A DNA stretch of 43,301 nt from a bacterium (GCA_018400675.1 JAGYMG010000001.1:1-43301); one strand, 5' to 3'; counted from the stretch's first letter, positions 27,634 through 38,401 are shown. Notes: generated by a model from the letters alone, not told the origin. Program-made: numbers and translations.

Positions 27634-28062
27634 TTATTCTATAATCTTAGAGCCCGATTGCTTAATTTTTTCTTCAGCTTTCTTAGAAAAAGTAAGGCCT
27701 TTGAAAGAAAGCTTCTTGGTTAATGATCCTTGGCTTAAGATTTTAATTCCTTTCTTCTCTATTGTACCAATTAAATCCTTTGCCAGTAAAGTCCTGGGCG
27801 TTACTGATGCGCCTACTTCAAAATTATTATTTATTAGGCCTAGATTAACCTCTTGACTCTTCTTATCCTTTGATTTAATACGATAACCTCTTAATTTAGG
27901 ATATTTTTTAATCAATTCCCTAATAAGAGGTTGTTTGTTATTGCCCGATCTTGATTTCTGCCCTTTCATGCCTCGGCCGGAGTATGTCCCCTTTCTGCCT
28001 CCTCGACCAACCCTTTTTCTTGGTTTTACTTTTTGTTTTGGTTCAAGCTGATGTATCTGCAT
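27634..28062 (-). CDS. rplO: 50S ribosomal protein uL15
   Basis: RVGRGGRKGTYSGRGMKGQKSRSG. Confidence 0.96.
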   Translation of the reverse strand: MQIHQLEPKQKVKPRKRVGRGGRKGTYSGRGMKGQKSRSGNNKQPLIRELIKKYPKLRGYRIKSKDKKSQEVNLGLINNNFEVGASVTPRTLLAKDLIGTIEKKGIKILSQGSLTKKLSFKGLTFSKKAEEKIKQSGSKIIE

Positions 28063-28063
28063 A

Positions 28064-28546
28064 TTATTTTTCTATTTTTAGTTTCTTTAAGGCAGCCATA
28101 GTCGCCATAGCATTGTTAATCTTGTTGCGCGATCTGGAAAGTATTTTAGCACAAATATTTTCTATACCGGCTAAATCGCAAATAACCCTTACCGGGCCAC
28201 CGGCGATAAGACCTATTCCGCTTATCTGGGGTTTTAAGATAACTGCCGAAGCTTCAAATTTAGCTTCTACTTCATGGGGAATAGTTTCTTCTTTTATGGG
28301 CACGGTAATAATATTCTTCCGAGCAACCTTTTCTGCCTTGGCGATTGCTTGAGAAACATCCTTCCCTTTAGCCAAACCAATACCCACTTTTCCTTTTTTA
28401 TCACCAATGACAACACAGGCCCGAAAACGCAGTTTCTTACCGCCACCAGTAACTCGGGTTACCCGATCTAAATCAAGAATCTTGGATTTAAAATCATCCT
28501 CTTTTTTTCCTCTATTCTCTTTTCTTGATAAATTTCTTTTTGGCAT
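28064..28546 (-). CDS. rpsE: 30S ribosomal protein uS5
   Basis: RVTRVTGGGKKLRF, TIPHEV, IAGGPVR. Confidence 0.96.
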   Translation of the reverse strand: MPKRNLSRKENRGKKEDDFKSKILDLDRVTRVTGGGKKLRFRACVVIGDKKGKVGIGLAKGKDVSQAIAKAEKVARKNIITVPIKEETIPHEVEAKFEASAVILKPQISGIGLIAGGPVRVICDLAGIENICAKILSRSRNKINNAMATMAALKKLKIEK

Positions 28547-28579
28547 TGTTAACTATATAAATTAGTTTACTGCTTTCGC

Positions 28580-28960
28580 TTAAAAAACTAAACCACCCTC
28601 TCGAGCTCCTTCAGCTAAAGCTTGCACCCTGCCATGATATTTATAGCCACCTCGATCAAAGACTACCTCTTTAATGTCTTGTTTAACTGCGGCGGCGGCA
28701 ATATCTCTACCTACCTTATAAGCTAAAGCCTTTTTAGCTGCCAGTGTTTCTTTTTCTCTCTTAAGGCTGGTCTTTTTCATCTTAAGATCATTAACGCTTA
28801 ATATTGTTGTGCCTGTCTGGTCATCAATTATCTGGGCTTGAATATGCTTGTTAGACCTAAAAACGGATAAGCGCAAACGTTGAGCGCTACCCATCGTTTT
28901 AGCTCTTATTTTTTTCTTTCTTTTTATCCTTCTTATTTTTTTGTCTGGTTTTTTTGACAT
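28580..28960 (-). CDS. rplR: 50S ribosomal protein uL18
   Basis: [24 protein letters not shown]. Confidence 0.97.
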   Translation of the reverse strand: MSKKPDKKIRRIKRKKKIRAKTMGSAQRLRLSVFRSNKHIQAQIIDDQTGTTILSVNDLKMKKTSLKREKETLAAKKALAYKVGRDIAAAAVKQDIKEVVFDRGGYKYHGRVQALAEGAREGGLVF

Positions 28961-28965
28961 AATGT

Positions 28966-29520
28966 TTAAGCTCCAGCCCCACCTCCGGTTGCTGCTTTTT
29001 TACCTTCTTTTCTTCTTATTATCTCATCACTGTATTTAATACCCTTGCCCTTATATGGTTCTGGCGGCCTCACCTTCCTTGCTTTAGCGGCAAATTCACC
29101 CACCTGTTGCTTGTCTGTCCCGGCAATGATGACAACATTTTTCTCAATGGTAACCGCTAAGCCTTCTGGAATGTTTAATCTTACTTTATTAGAATAACCG
29201 ACATCTAAGACAAGCTGGTTATTTTCTAAAGCAGCTCTATATCCTACACCTATTAATTCTAATTTCTTCTGGAACCCCTCTGTCAATCCTTTAATATAGT
29301 TGTAGAGTAGCGCTCTGGTCAACCCCCAGAGAGCTTTGCTCTTTTTTGTTTCTTTTTTAGGGCTCACCACAATCTCATTCTCACTAATAGTTATTTTAAT
29401 CTCTTTGGGAATTGGATGAGAAAACTCGCCCTTATCACCCTTGATAAGAATTTTCTGGTTTTTCTCCTCAACGTTTATGCCATCAGGAATAGTTATTGGT
29501 TTTTTGCCGATACGACTCAT
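28966..29520 (-). CDS. rplF: 50S ribosomal protein uL6
   Basis: [26 protein letters not shown]. Confidence 0.97.
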   Translation of the reverse strand: MSRIGKKPITIPDGINVEEKNQKILIKGDKGEFSHPIPKEIKITISENEIVVSPKKETKKSKALWGLTRALLYNYIKGLTEGFQKKLELIGVGYRAALENNQLVLDVGYSNKVRLNIPEGLAVTIEKNVVIIAGTDKQQVGEFAAKARKVRPPEPYKGKGIKYSDEIIRRKEGKKAATGGGAGA

Positions 29521-29528
29521 AAATATAA

Positions 29529-29918
29529 TTACCAGACTTCACAAATTATTTCTCCGCTCAAGCTTTCTTTTTTTGCTTTCCTGTCGGTGATAATACCCTT
29601 AGAGCTGGAGATAATCAGTATGCCTGATTTCTTTTTAAGCTTATTTAAATCTTTTACTCCGGCGTAAATACGCTGGCCGGGTTTGGAAATTTTTCTTAAG
29701 CCAGCAATCACTCCTTTGTCATCTTTATACTTTAAAAAGAGCCTTAATAATTTTTTATTTTTTTGTCTTTTTAAATCAATCTTCTTCAGATAACCTTCTT
29801 CTTCCAATAGCCTGGCAATCTCTCCTTTAATCTTAGAAAAAGGAACGTCCACTGTTTCCCGAGAAACAGCTTGGCCATTGCGTATTCTATTTAACATGTC
29901 TGTTATTGGATCAGTCAT
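29529..29918 (-). CDS. rpsH: 30S ribosomal protein uS8
   Basis: DPITDMLNRIRN, ISKPGQRIY. Confidence 0.97.
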   Translation of the reverse strand: MTDPITDMLNRIRNGQAVSRETVDVPFSKIKGEIARLLEEEGYLKKIDLKRQKNKKLLRLFLKYKDDKGVIAGLRKISKPGQRIYAGVKDLNKLKKKSGILIISSSKGIITDRKAKKESLSGEIICEVW

Positions 29919-29935
29919 ATATCTAAATTATATTA

Positions 29936-30121
29936 CTACCAGGAAGATTTTTTCACTCCTGGGATTTCGCCCCTATTAGCTAATTCTCTAAAGCAAATAC
30001 GGCACAAGCCAAATTTTCTTAAAACCCCTCTCGGCCGACCACATCTAAAACAACGCCTGGTGACTCGGGTTTTAAATTTTGGTTGTTTTTCTGACTTTAT
30101 TATTTGTGATTTCTTAGCCAT
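29936..30121 (-). CDS. rpsN: 30S ribosomal protein uS14 (Zn-binding type Z)
   Basis: RCFRCGR...CRICFRE, GVKKSSW. Confidence 0.97.
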   Translation of the reverse strand: MAKKSQIIKSEKQPKFKTRVTRRCFRCGRPRGVLRKFGLCRICFRELANRGEIPGVKKSSW

Positions 30122-30123
30122 AA

Positions 30124-30681
30124 TTATTCTTTGAAAGGAAAACCTAATAATTTAAATAAGGTTACAGCCTCCTCCCTTTCTCTGCTATCAGTAACAATAT
30201 TAACCTCTAAGCCAAAAATACTTCTTTCTTTTTCAGCTGAGATCTCTGGAAAGGAGGTGTGCTCCTTGAAGCCTATTGAGAGATTCCCATTTTTGTCAAC
30301 TAATTTTTTATCCAGCCCATTAAAATCTCTCGTCCGCGGTAGAGTAATATAAATTAATCTCTCTAAAAAATCGTACATCTTATCTCCCCTTAAGGTGACT
30401 GCCGCCCCTACTGCCGTACCAGCTCTTAGCTTGAAGCCAGAAACAGATTTACGCGCCTTCCTTAGGGCAGGCTGTTGACCAGCAACCAGGGCTAATTGTT
30501 TAAGAATATGCTCTTCCAGTTTTTTAGCTTCATCCCCTTTCTTGGTAATAATTTCTCGGCCAAAACCACTATTAATAACCACCTTCTCTATTCTGGGAAC
30601 AGACATAATATTCTTATAGCCAAGCTGCTGCTGCATAGACGGGATAATTTCCTTTTTATATTTTTCTTTTAATTTCAACAT
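30124..30681 (-). CDS. rplE: 50S ribosomal protein uL5
   Basis: [27 protein letters not shown]. Confidence 0.97.
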   Translation of the reverse strand: MLKLKEKYKKEIIPSMQQQLGYKNIMSVPRIEKVVINSGFGREIITKKGDEAKKLEEHILKQLALVAGQQPALRKARKSVSGFKLRAGTAVGAAVTLRGDKMYDFLERLIYITLPRTRDFNGLDKKLVDKNGNLSIGFKEHTSFPEISAEKERSIFGLEVNIVTDSREREEAVTLFKLLGFPFKE

Positions 30682-30693
30682 TTAACTTAATTT

Positions 30694-31047
30694 TTAAATC
30701 TCTTTTTGGCAATGCTTACATATCCTCACTTTAATCTTTTTCTCAGCCTTATCGCCTTTATTCTCTTTTCCCTCCTCTCCTTTCTTTGTCTTGACACTAT
30801 AACCAACCTTACTCGGCTTACCACAGTTAGGACAAATTAGTTTCACATTGGCGATGCTAACAGGAAAGGCCAATTCAACCACCTGCCCTTTCTCGCCTGA
30901 TTTTTTGGGTCTTTTATGAATTTTTTTAAGATTAATATTCTCAACCAAAATCTGGTTTTTCTCTGGAAAACCTCTCAAGACTTTACCTTTCTTGCCCTTG
31001 TCTTTGCCTTTGATTATTATTACCTGGTCGTTTTTTCTAATCTTCAT
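30694..31047 (-). CDS. rplX: 50S ribosomal protein uL24
   Basis: KOW motif GKDKGKKGKV; CPNC and CKHC. Confidence 0.96.
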   Translation of the reverse strand: MKIRKNDQVIIIKGKDKGKKGKVLRGFPEKNQILVENINLKKIHKRPKKSGEKGQVVELAFPVSIANVKLICPNCGKPSKVGYSVKTKKGEEGKENKGDKAEKKIKVRICKHCQKEI

Positions 31048-31053
31048 AATAGC

Positions 31054-31422
31054 CTAAACAACTTCTTTGGAAAGAGTGGTTATTTTTTCAAATCCTTTAT
31101 CTTTTAATTCTCGTGGTATCGGACCCAGTATTCTGTTGCCTTTAGGATTTTTATTATCGTCTATAATCACACAAGCGTTCTCGCTAAACCTGATATAAGA
31201 ACCGTCCTCACGCCTAAAGGGATTTTTCTGTCTCACTATTACCGCCTTAACGATACTATGGGTTTTTACTTGCCGGCGGGGTTCTGCTTTTTTTACCGAA
31301 GCGACAACAATGTCACCAATGCGGGCATAACGTCTACGAGTACCACCCAAAACTTTAAAACATTTAACTAACTTAGCTCCAGTGTTGTCAGCGACTTTTA
31401 ATTTTGTTTCTGGTTGAATCAT
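31054..31422 (-). CDS. rplN: 50S ribosomal protein uL14
   Basis: [24 protein letters not shown]. Confidence 0.97.
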   Translation of the reverse strand: MIQPETKLKVADNTGAKLVKCFKVLGGTRRRYARIGDIVVASVKKAEPRRQVKTHSIVKAVIVRQKNPFRREDGSYIRFSENACVIIDDNKNPKGNRILGPIPRELKDKGFEKITTLSKEVV

Positions 31423-31426
31423 ATTT

Positions 31427-31783
31427 TTATTTATTCTCTACCTGCTTTGTCTCTTTTACGTCTTCTCCTTTATCCGCCTCCCGCTCTTCTTCTTTATCCG
31501 CTGCTTTATCTGCTGCTTTAGCTGCTACCTCAGTTTTCGGTTGGCTCATTATTTTTTCAATTACCCTCCATCCCTTCTCCTTGCTCTGGGGTTTTGTTTC
31601 CTCAATAATGACCTTCTCGCCCAGATTAAAGGTTCGGCTATCTTTAACATTTACCTTATATCTCCTGGTTGACTTATACCTCTTCTTATACTTCGGATGT
31701 TCTTTAAATTTATCCACCGTAACAATTATAGTTTTCTCCATTTTATTAGCAGCTACGGTTCCTTTTAATTTTCTCTTTGGCAT
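31427..31783 (-). CDS. rpsQ: 30S ribosomal protein uS17 with a charged C-terminal tail
   Basis: [23 protein letters not shown]. Confidence 0.95.
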   Translation of the reverse strand: MPKRKLKGTVAANKMEKTIIVTVDKFKEHPKYKKRYKSTRRYKVNVKDSRTFNLGEKVIIEETKPQSKEKGWRVIEKIMSQPKTEVAAKAADKAADKEEEREADKGEDVKETKQVENK

Positions 31784-31787
31784 AATA

Positions 31788-32009
31788 TTATTGCTTTGGT
31801 TCTTTGTTATTTAAAAGTCTTTCACTGATAATCGTTTTCAGTCTGGCTATATTCTTTCTTCTCTTCCTTATTTCAGCCACATTCTTACCCTTCCCAGCGG
31901 CTAAATTAAAACGTAATTGTTCTAATTTTTCTTTGTTCTCTTCTAAGAGATTATTCAACTCTTTATCAGGCAATCTTAAGTATTCTTTTATTTGTTCTGT
32001 TTTTTTCAT
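31788..32009 (-). CDS. rpmC: 50S ribosomal protein uL29
   Basis: LRF...IRKRRKNIARLKT; position in operon. Confidence 0.93.
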   Translation of the reverse strand: MKKTEQIKEYLRLPDKELNNLLEENKEKLEQLRFNLAAGKGKNVAEIRKRRKNIARLKTIISERLLNNKEPKQ

Positions 32010-32416
32010 ACAATCTTTTTAACAAATTTTGTCTTTATTGGCAATTTATCAGTTGTTTTTTTGAATATTTCTTTGGCTGTTTTTTCTTCTACTCCGTCCA
32101 ATTCAAAGATTATTTTACCCGGTCTAATAGGAAATACATAATGGGAGGGAGAGCCTTTGCCACCGCCCATAGGAACTTCATTACCCTTACTGGTGACCGG
32201 CTTATCAGGGAATATCCTTATCCAGAATTTACCTTTCTTTTTCAAATATCTAATGATCACTCGCCGGGCTGCTTCCAGCTGAGCTGAAGAAATCCATTTT
32301 GTAGAAAGGGACTTTAAACCAAAACTGCCAAAGGATAATTGAGCACCCTTCCTATCTATCCCCTTCGAAGTTCCCTTCTGCCATTTTCTATGTTTTACTT
32401 TTTTTGGTTCTAACAT
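32006..32416 (-). CDS. rplP: 50S ribosomal protein uL16
   Basis: PKKVKHRK, QLEAARR, WIRIFPDKP, MGGGKG. Confidence 0.97.
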   Translation of the reverse strand: MLEPKKVKHRKWQKGTSKGIDRKGAQLSFGSFGLKSLSTKWISSAQLEAARRVIIRYLKKKGKFWIRIFPDKPVTSKGNEVPMGGGKGSPSHYVFPIRPGKIIFELDGVEEKTAKEIFKKTTDKLPIKTKFVKKIV

Positions 32417-32425
32417 ACTATATTA

Positions 32426-33091
32426 TTAGAATTTTTCTCCTTTATATATCCATATCTTTACTCCTATCACCCCATAGGTACAAAAAGCCAAACTAGTGCC
32501 ATAGTCTATATCAGCTCTTAAGCTATGACGGGGTAATTTTCCTTCCTTTATCCACTCGGTACGGGAAATCTCAACTCCATTCAAACGGCCAGCAACTTCC
32601 ACTCGGGCTCCCTCAACTTCTTTATTGGCCATAATCTTAGAGAGAACCATTTTCATTGCTCGTCTAAATTTAACCCTCCTTCTTATTTGCTGGGCCACCC
32701 ACTGAGCGCAGATATCGCCTGAGAGCCAAGGATTTCTCACCTCTTGGACTTCAATCTTTATCGCCTTCTTTTTGCCTTTTTCGTCCTTGTCTCTTTCCTT
32801 CTTGCCCTTTATCACCGTGCTTAAGTCTTTCTTTAACTTTTCAACAGCTTCTCCGCCACGGCCAATTACCAGAGCTGGCCGGGAAGTTTTTATGATTATC
32901 TTCACTTCCGAGACAGACCGTTCAATCTCTATTGCCTCAACATTCGCCTCAGCTAATCTTTTGTCTAAAAATTTCCTGATGATATAATCCTCCTTAAGAT
33001 ACCCAACTGGTTTATCACCATAAAAACCGCGGGATAACCAATCCTTCATTTCTTTTATCCTATAAACTTTTGGGTGGACTTTATGACTCAT
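32426..33091 (-). CDS. rpsC: 30S ribosomal protein uS3
   Basis: HKVHP, RPALVIGRGG, GRLNG.EI.R.EW, LRADIDY, GVKIWI. Confidence 0.97.
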   Translation of the reverse strand: MSHKVHPKVYRIKEMKDWLSRGFYGDKPVGYLKEDYIIRKFLDKRLAEANVEAIEIERSVSEVKIIIKTSRPALVIGRGGEAVEKLKKDLSTVIKGKKERDKDEKGKKKAIKIEVQEVRNPWLSGDICAQWVAQQIRRRVKFRRAMKMVLSKIMANKEVEGARVEVAGRLNGVEISRTEWIKEGKLPRHSLRADIDYGTSLAFCTYGVIGVKIWIYKGEKF

Positions 33092-33112
33092 ACAAAATAT
33101 TGGTAAATAATT

Positions 33113-33661
33113 TTAAAACGCTTTTCTTCTAAAATCTTTTTTGGTCATACCTTTTTTAAATTTTAATTCCTTGGTCTGGTCTTTATCGCCCCGTAAAAAC
33201 TTAGATTTCATTTTCTTTTTCTCTTTTTCTTTTGCTGTCTCGTTGTCTTTAGCCTTGGATCCTTTTTCTGCTGGTTGAACAGCTTTCTTTTCTTCAGGAC
33301 TTTTCCCTTTCTTCTGTTTCACTGTTTTACCGCCAGTAACCACCAGGCTAATATGAGATGTTTTTTTCTGGATTTCGGCTGCCCGGCCGTGGGCACGAGC
33401 TCGCCATCTTTTTAACTTCGGGCCTTCATTAACAAAGATTTCAGATATATAGAGAGCCTCTTCGTTCTCTAAGCTAAGATTGTTTTTGGCGTTAGCCAGA
33501 GCTTGTTCCAACAGTTTCTTGAGAGGCAGACTCCCTTTCTTATAGCTAAAATCGAGCAAACTAATTGCTTCTTTCAATTTCTTACCCCTAATCAAATCTG
33601 CCAAGAGTCTTGTCTTCCGTGGACTAATCCTTAAATAATTTAATTGTGCTTTTACTGCCAT
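33113..33661 (-). CDS. rplV: 50S ribosomal protein uL22 with a Lys-rich C-terminal extension
   Basis: RISPRKTRL.ADLIRG, VNEGP.LKR, KKTSHI. Confidence 0.96.
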   Translation of the reverse strand: MAVKAQLNYLRISPRKTRLLADLIRGKKLKEAISLLDFSYKKGSLPLKKLLEQALANAKNNLSLENEEALYISEIFVNEGPKLKRWRARAHGRAAEIQKKTSHISLVVTGGKTVKQKKGKSPEEKKAVQPAEKGSKAKDNETAKEKEKKKMKSKFLRGDKDQTKELKFKKGMTKKDFRRKAF

Positions 33662-33685
33662 AAGAATAATACTTAACTAAAAAGT

Positions 33686-33979
33686 TTATTTCCCTGACGC
33701 TTTTCCTTCAAGTTCTTTCTGCATCTTACCACCGTGCCGAACAAATTTAGTAGTTGGAGAAAATTCGCCCAATTTATGACCGACCATATCCTCAACTATC
33801 TGGATAGGAACATGTTCTTTTCCGTTATAAACACCAAAAATAAAGCCAACCATTTCCGGAGTAATGATAGCTGAACGAGACCATGTTTTGATAATAGTCT
33901 TGTCACCTTTCTTAAGCTTTGCCACCTTTTTAAGTAATCTGTCATCTATATAAGGACCTTTTTTCAAGCTACGAGACAT
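33686..33979 (-). CDS. rpsS: 30S ribosomal protein uS19
   Basis: [24 protein letters not shown]. Confidence 0.97.
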   Translation of the reverse strand: MSRSLKKGPYIDDRLLKKVAKLKKGDKTIIKTWSRSAIITPEMVGFIFGVYNGKEHVPIQIVEDMVGHKLGEFSPTTKFVRHGGKMQKELEGKASGK

Positions 33980-34000
33980 ATTTTCTTCTTTTTATTTTTT

Positions 34001-34837
34001 TTATTTTCTCTTTTTCTTTTTTCTTCTTTTAACTATTAACTTATTAGTCCACTTCTTCTTATTCCGCGTTCTCACCCCCAAGGCATGTTTGCCCCAAGGA
34101 GTCTTCGGATATTTCAAGCCTATAGAAGTTTTTCCTTCTCCACCACCATGGGGATGATCAACAACAGCCATTGCCGAACCTCTGACAGATGGTCTCTTGC
34201 CTAGCCAGCGTGATTTACCAGCCTTACCTTTTTTAACAAATCTGTGCTCTGGATTAGACACTTCCCCTATAGAAGCAAAACATCTTGCCAGGACTTTCCT
34301 TGTCTCCCCAGAGGGCATTCTTAAGAGGGTATACTTATCTTCCTGGGCCATAATCTGAGCCGCTGTGCCAGCTGATCTGATTAGTTTGCCTCCTCTTTCT
34401 GGCTCTATCTCAACATTATAAATCATTGTCCCAACGGGTATATTCTCTAATTTCATTCTATTGCCCGAGACAATCGGTGTTTTCTCCCCAGCGATTACCT
34501 CATCACCGACTCTCAGCCCTTTCGGGGCTAAGAGATAACCTTTTTTCTTATTATCATATTCTAATAAGGCGATAAAAGCCGTCCGATAAGGATCATATTC
34601 TAAGGCTATCACTTTGGCCGGGATATCTAAATATGCTTGGCCAAAATTAACCATACGGTAGAGTCTTTTATTGCCTCCTCCTTTGTGGCGTACTGTGATC
34701 CGTCCATTGCTAGCCCGCCCAGCTTTTTTCTTGATTACTCTGACTAATTTCTTCTCTGGCTTTTTTTTAGTCAATGCAGAAAAATCACTACTGGTCATAC
34801 CTCTTCTCGATGGAGTTGTTGGTTTATATTTCTTCAT
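34001..34837 (-). CDS. rplB: 50S ribosomal protein uL2
   Basis: GRITVRHKGGG, EYDPYR, DHPHGGGEG. Confidence 0.98.
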   Translation of the reverse strand: MKKYKPTTPSRRGMTSSDFSALTKKKPEKKLVRVIKKKAGRASNGRITVRHKGGGNKRLYRMVNFGQAYLDIPAKVIALEYDPYRTAFIALLEYDNKKKGYLLAPKGLRVGDEVIAGEKTPIVSGNRMKLENIPVGTMIYNVEIEPERGGKLIRSAGTAAQIMAQEDKYTLLRMPSGETRKVLARCFASIGEVSNPEHRFVKKGKAGKSRWLGKRPSVRGSAMAVVDHPHGGGEGKTSIGLKYPKTPWGKHALGVRTRNKKKWTNKLIVKRRKKKKRK

Positions 34838-34843
34838 AAATCA

Positions 34844-35302
34844 TTATCGAGGTAATAATTCAATTTTTTGGCCTTCTTTTATCTTGACTATTGCTTTCTT
34901 GTAGCCTCTCTTAACACCCTTTGTTCTGCCTAATCTTCTTTCCCGATCAGGCACATTTACTATATTAACCCCCAAGACATCAACATTATATATATCTGCA
35001 ACTGCTTTCCTAATTTCTATTTTATTGGCTCGAGCTGGTACTTTAAAAAGATACTGGTTCAGCTTACTCAAGCTGGTTGCTTTTTCAGTAATATGAGCAG
35101 ACTTTAAGAAACGGTAGGGATTATTCACCCTCTTCCTCTGACGGATAGTTTTTTTCTCTTTTACACTTTCTTTCTTTTTCTCTTTTTCTTTTTCAGGCTT
35201 AAATGCCGGCTGTTTAACCGGTTGAGTTAATATCTCTTCTTTCTTTTTCTCTGCTGGTTTTTCTTCCTTTCTTTTCTTTTTAAAAATATCAAAGATTGGC
35301 AT
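34844..35302 (-). CDS. rplW: 50S ribosomal protein uL23 with an N-terminal extension
   Basis: ITEKA, ANKIEIRKAV, YKKAIV. Confidence 0.95.
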   Translation of the reverse strand: MPIFDIFKKKRKEEKPAEKKKEEILTQPVKQPAFKPEKEKEKKKESVKEKKTIRQRKRVNNPYRFLKSAHITEKATSLSKLNQYLFKVPARANKIEIRKAVADIYNVDVLGVNIVNVPDRERRLGRTKGVKRGYKKAIVKIKEGQKIELLPR

Positions 35303-35304
35303 GA

Positions 35305-35940
35305 TTAGTCTTTAGTTAGAAAACTATCTTTAATCACCTTGAGAGCAGCTTTAGGCATTATTAGGTATTGGACATTAACTAGATCCAGACTATTTAAATT
35401 TCTGGCTTCAATCACTGCTAGCAAAGGTATGTTTCTAGCTGACAAAATAATATTATCATCTTTCTTGTCTAAAGCAACCAGACAGCTTTTTTCTCCGACC
35501 GGTAGTTTATTAATAATAGTGGCCAATTGTTTTGTTTTTATTTTCTCAAGAGACAACTCATCCAATAATATAATTGCTTTATCTTGTGCTTTAGCTGACA
35601 GAATCATGAAGAGCGCTTTCTTACGCATCTTCTTTGGGATAGCTTTTTTATAATTCCTTTCTTTTGTCGGGCCAAAAGTCACTCCTCCTCCTATCCAAAT
35701 AGGAGAACGGTTTGAGCCAGCTCGAGCTCGTCCAGTCCCCTTCTGTCTCCAGGGTTTCCTACCTCCTCCTCGCACGGCTGACCTGTCTTTTGTTTGGGCC
35801 GTTCCCTGACGTCTATTATTCCTTTGAGCTAAAATAACCTGATGGATGAGATCAGGATTCACCTTTAAACCAAAAATCTCCTTGTCTAAGCTAACCTCTT
35901 CCGTCTTTTCTCCTTTTATATTGTAAACAGGATATTTCAT
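35305..35940 (-). CDS. rplD: 50S ribosomal protein uL4
   Basis: RGGGRKPWRQKGTGRARAGS, GGGVTFGP. Confidence 0.97.
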   Translation of the reverse strand: MKYPVYNIKGEKTEEVSLDKEIFGLKVNPDLIHQVILAQRNNRRQGTAQTKDRSAVRGGGRKPWRQKGTGRARAGSNRSPIWIGGGVTFGPTKERNYKKAIPKKMRKKALFMILSAKAQDKAIILLDELSLEKIKTKQLATIINKLPVGEKSCLVALDKKDDNIILSARNIPLLAVIEARNLNSLDLVNVQYLIMPKAALKVIKDSFLTKD

Positions 35941-36617
35941 ATTGAGGATATCTCAAGGAGAGTTCCCTTTGGCCCAGGGACTGCTCCTTTAACAACTAAA
36001 ATATTGTTCTCAGGATTAACGTCAATAATCTCTAAATTCTTAATAGTATTTTTAGTATGACCCATCCGACCGGGCATTTTTTTGCCTTTGAAAACTCTGG
36101 CTGCATCAGTACTGCCAACAGAGCCTAAGGTGCGATGCTCATGTTTTACACCATGCGTAGCATTCCTACCGGAAAACCCCCACTTCTTAACTGCTCCCTG
36201 AAAGCCCTTCCCTTTAGAAAAACCACTAATCTTTATTGTATCTCCTTTGCTAAAAAGAGAGACATTAATCTCGCTGCCTTTCTTAATTTTTTCAGGTTCA
36301 GCTTCCTTGGTTTCTTTCTCAGGCTTTTCTTTACTATCTCCTCCCTCGTCTTTTTTTTCTTCTGACTGGGGTGCTTCTTTATTCTCAATGATGCCTCGGC
36401 ACTCTCTCAGATAACGATAGCCTTTTTTATTCTCTGTCTTCTTTAATTGCTTCTTTTTTAAAAAGCCGATTTGAGTTGCCTCATAACCGTCCTTTCCTTC
36501 TGTTTTTATCTGAGTAACCAAACAAGGGCCTGCCTCAATCAGGGTAACTGGTAAAACATTCCCTTTCTCGTCAAAAATCTGAGTCATATTCATTTTTCGG
36601 CCTAATATAAACTTCAT
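35937..36617 (-). CDS. rplC: 50S ribosomal protein uL3 with a charged internal insertion
   Basis: MTQIF, PVTLIE, SKGKGFQG, KKMPGRMG, KGAVPG. Confidence 0.97.
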   Translation of the reverse strand: MKFILGRKMNMTQIFDEKGNVLPVTLIEAGPCLVTQIKTEGKDGYEATQIGFLKKKQLKKTENKKGYRYLRECRGIIENKEAPQSEEKKDEGGDSKEKPEKETKEAEPEKIKKGSEINVSLFSKGDTIKISGFSKGKGFQGAVKKWGFSGRNATHGVKHEHRTLGSVGSTDAARVFKGKKMPGRMGHTKNTIKNLEIIDVNPENNILVVKGAVPGPKGTLLEISSI

Positions 36618-36640
36618 ATAATCAATCTCTAAGACTAATT

Positions 36641-36672
36641 AAAAACTGGGCAATTGCCCAGCCTGAGAAGGC
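36641..36672 (-). promoter_or_regulatory. Tandem hairpins plus U-tract between rpsJ and rplC (terminator/attenuator-like)
   Basis: GCCT-tctc-AGGC then the perfect palindrome CTGGGCAATTGCCCAG (36646-36661) followed by TTTTT on the minus strand. Confidence 0.55.
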
Positions 36673-36694
36673 AAATTGATATTCGGGTATATCT

Positions 36695-37027
36695 TCAAAC
36701 AGTCTTGATCTCAATCTCTACTCCGGATGGCAGGGTTAAATCCCTAAGGGCGTCAATAAACTTTTGGTTAGGATTAAGGATTTCTATCAGTCTCTTATGA
36801 ATTCTCATTTCAAACTGTTCCCGAGAATCCTTATGAACAAATGTGGAGCGATTAACAGTATACTTGTGAATATCAGTCGGCAGCGGCACAGGCCCCACTA
36901 TTGTCACACCAGCCCTGAAAGCAATCTCTGTGATGTGACGAATGCTATTATCAATAAGTTTATTGTCGTAAGACTTAAGTTTAACCCTGAGTTTGGATTT
37001 TATTTCCTCTCTCTGTTTCGTGGGCAT
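36695..37027 (-). CDS. rpsJ: 30S ribosomal protein uS10
   Basis: GPVPLPT, HKDSREQFEMRIHKRLI. Confidence 0.97.
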   Translation of the reverse strand: MPTKQREEIKSKLRVKLKSYDNKLIDNSIRHITEIAFRAGVTIVGPVPLPTDIHKYTVNRSTFVHKDSREQFEMRIHKRLIEILNPNQKFIDALRDLTLPSGVEIEIKTV

Positions 37028-37056
37028 CTTTTTTAAGTTTTATTTCCTGAAAAATA

Positions 37057-38253
37057 CTATTTAATTATCTTTGAAACAACTCCTGCACCAACAGTCTTTC
37101 CACCTTCTCTTATGGCAAACTTTTGTTTTTCTTCAAGAGCAACCGGAGCCATCAGTTTAACTGTCAAGTTTGTTGTGTCGCCCGGCATAACCATTTCTGT
37201 CCCTTCAGGCAATGTTGATTCGCCAGTCACGTCAGCAGTTCTAATATAGAATTGAGGTTTATAACCGGAGAAGAATGGCGTATGGCGACCTCCCTCTTCT
37301 TTGCTCAAGACATATACCTCAGTTTCAAATTCAGTATGAGGAGTCACTGTCCCTGGTTTGGCAATGGCTTGACCTCTTTCCACATCCTCTTTCTTCAAAC
37401 CTCTTAAGAGAATACCAACATTATCACCAGCTCGTCCTTCATCCAGTTCCTTATTAAACATTTCAACACTGACAGCTGTTGTCTTTTGGGTGTTCTTGAT
37501 GCCCAGTATCTCTATCTCGTCACCCGGATGCACTACCCCTCTTTCTATTCTACCGGTGCAAACAGTGCCTCGTCCTTCGATGGAAAAAACATCTTCAATG
37601 GCCATTAAGAAAGGCTGATCATCTAATCTTTCTGGTTCTGGAATATATTCGTCAACCTTCTCTAATAATTCAACTATGGGTTTCATGGCCTCATCGTCTA
37701 AAGAGCCTGCCTCTAAAGCCTTCAGGGCAGAGCCTTTAATGATTGGTATTTCGTCACCAGGGAAATCGTATTTCTTTAATAATTCCCTTACCTCTGACTC
37801 TACTAAATCAATCATTTCTTTATCTTTCACCTGATCTGTTTTGTTCATAAAGACGATCAAAGAAGGTAACCCCACCTGTCCGGCTAACAAGAGATGCTCT
37901 TTGGTTTGAGGCATAGGGCCGTCAGTGGCTGAAACAACTAGGATACCACCGTCCATTTGAGCAGCTCCAGTAATCATATTCTTAATGTAATCGGCGTGAC
38001 CAGGGCAATCAATCAAAGCATAGTGACGCTTCTCTGTCTCAAACTCAGTATGACAAATATTAATTGTCAAACCTCTTGTTTTTTCCTCTGGGGCAGAGTC
38101 AATGTCATCAATTGACTTCTCAGATGCCTTTAGGTTTTTTAATTTAGTGGCTTTTAAAATAGCCGCCGTCAAAGTGGTTTTACCATGATCCACATGACCA
38201 ATAGTACCAATATTAAGATGTGTTTTTGTCCTTTCAAATTTTTCTTTAGCCAT
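37057..38253 (-). CDS. tuf: Elongation factor Tu
   Basis: [28 protein letters not shown]. Confidence 0.98.
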   Translation of the reverse strand: MAKEKFERTKTHLNIGTIGHVDHGKTTLTAAILKATKLKNLKASEKSIDDIDSAPEEKTRGLTINICHTEFETEKRHYALIDCPGHADYIKNMITGAAQMDGGILVVSATDGPMPQTKEHLLLAGQVGLPSLIVFMNKTDQVKDKEMIDLVESEVRELLKKYDFPGDEIPIIKGSALKALEAGSLDDEAMKPIVELLEKVDEYIPEPERLDDQPFLMAIEDVFSIEGRGTVCTGRIERGVVHPGDEIEILGIKNTQKTTAVSVEMFNKELDEGRAGDNVGILLRGLKKEDVERGQAIAKPGTVTPHTEFETEVYVLSKEEGGRHTPFFSGYKPQFYIRTADVTGESTLPEGTEMVMPGDTTNLTVKLMAPVALEEKQKFAIREGGKTVGAGVVSKIIK

Positions 38254-38330
38254 ATTTTTTATTTTGATTTTTTTGTTTTATTAAAATTATTTATTTTTAG
38301 AATTACTCGGTCAGTGACAGTTATATAAAC

Positions 38331-38358
38331 ATTATATTAATTTAATCAAGAAAGTCAA
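38331..38358 (-). promoter_or_regulatory. Promoter for tuf and the S10 operon
   Basis: TTGACT (38353-38358), 16 bp spacer, TATAAT (38331-38336). Confidence 0.65.
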
Positions 38359-38401
38359 GCTAAAGAACCTGTTGATTAAATTAATCCTTAGTCCCAAGCC
38401 C

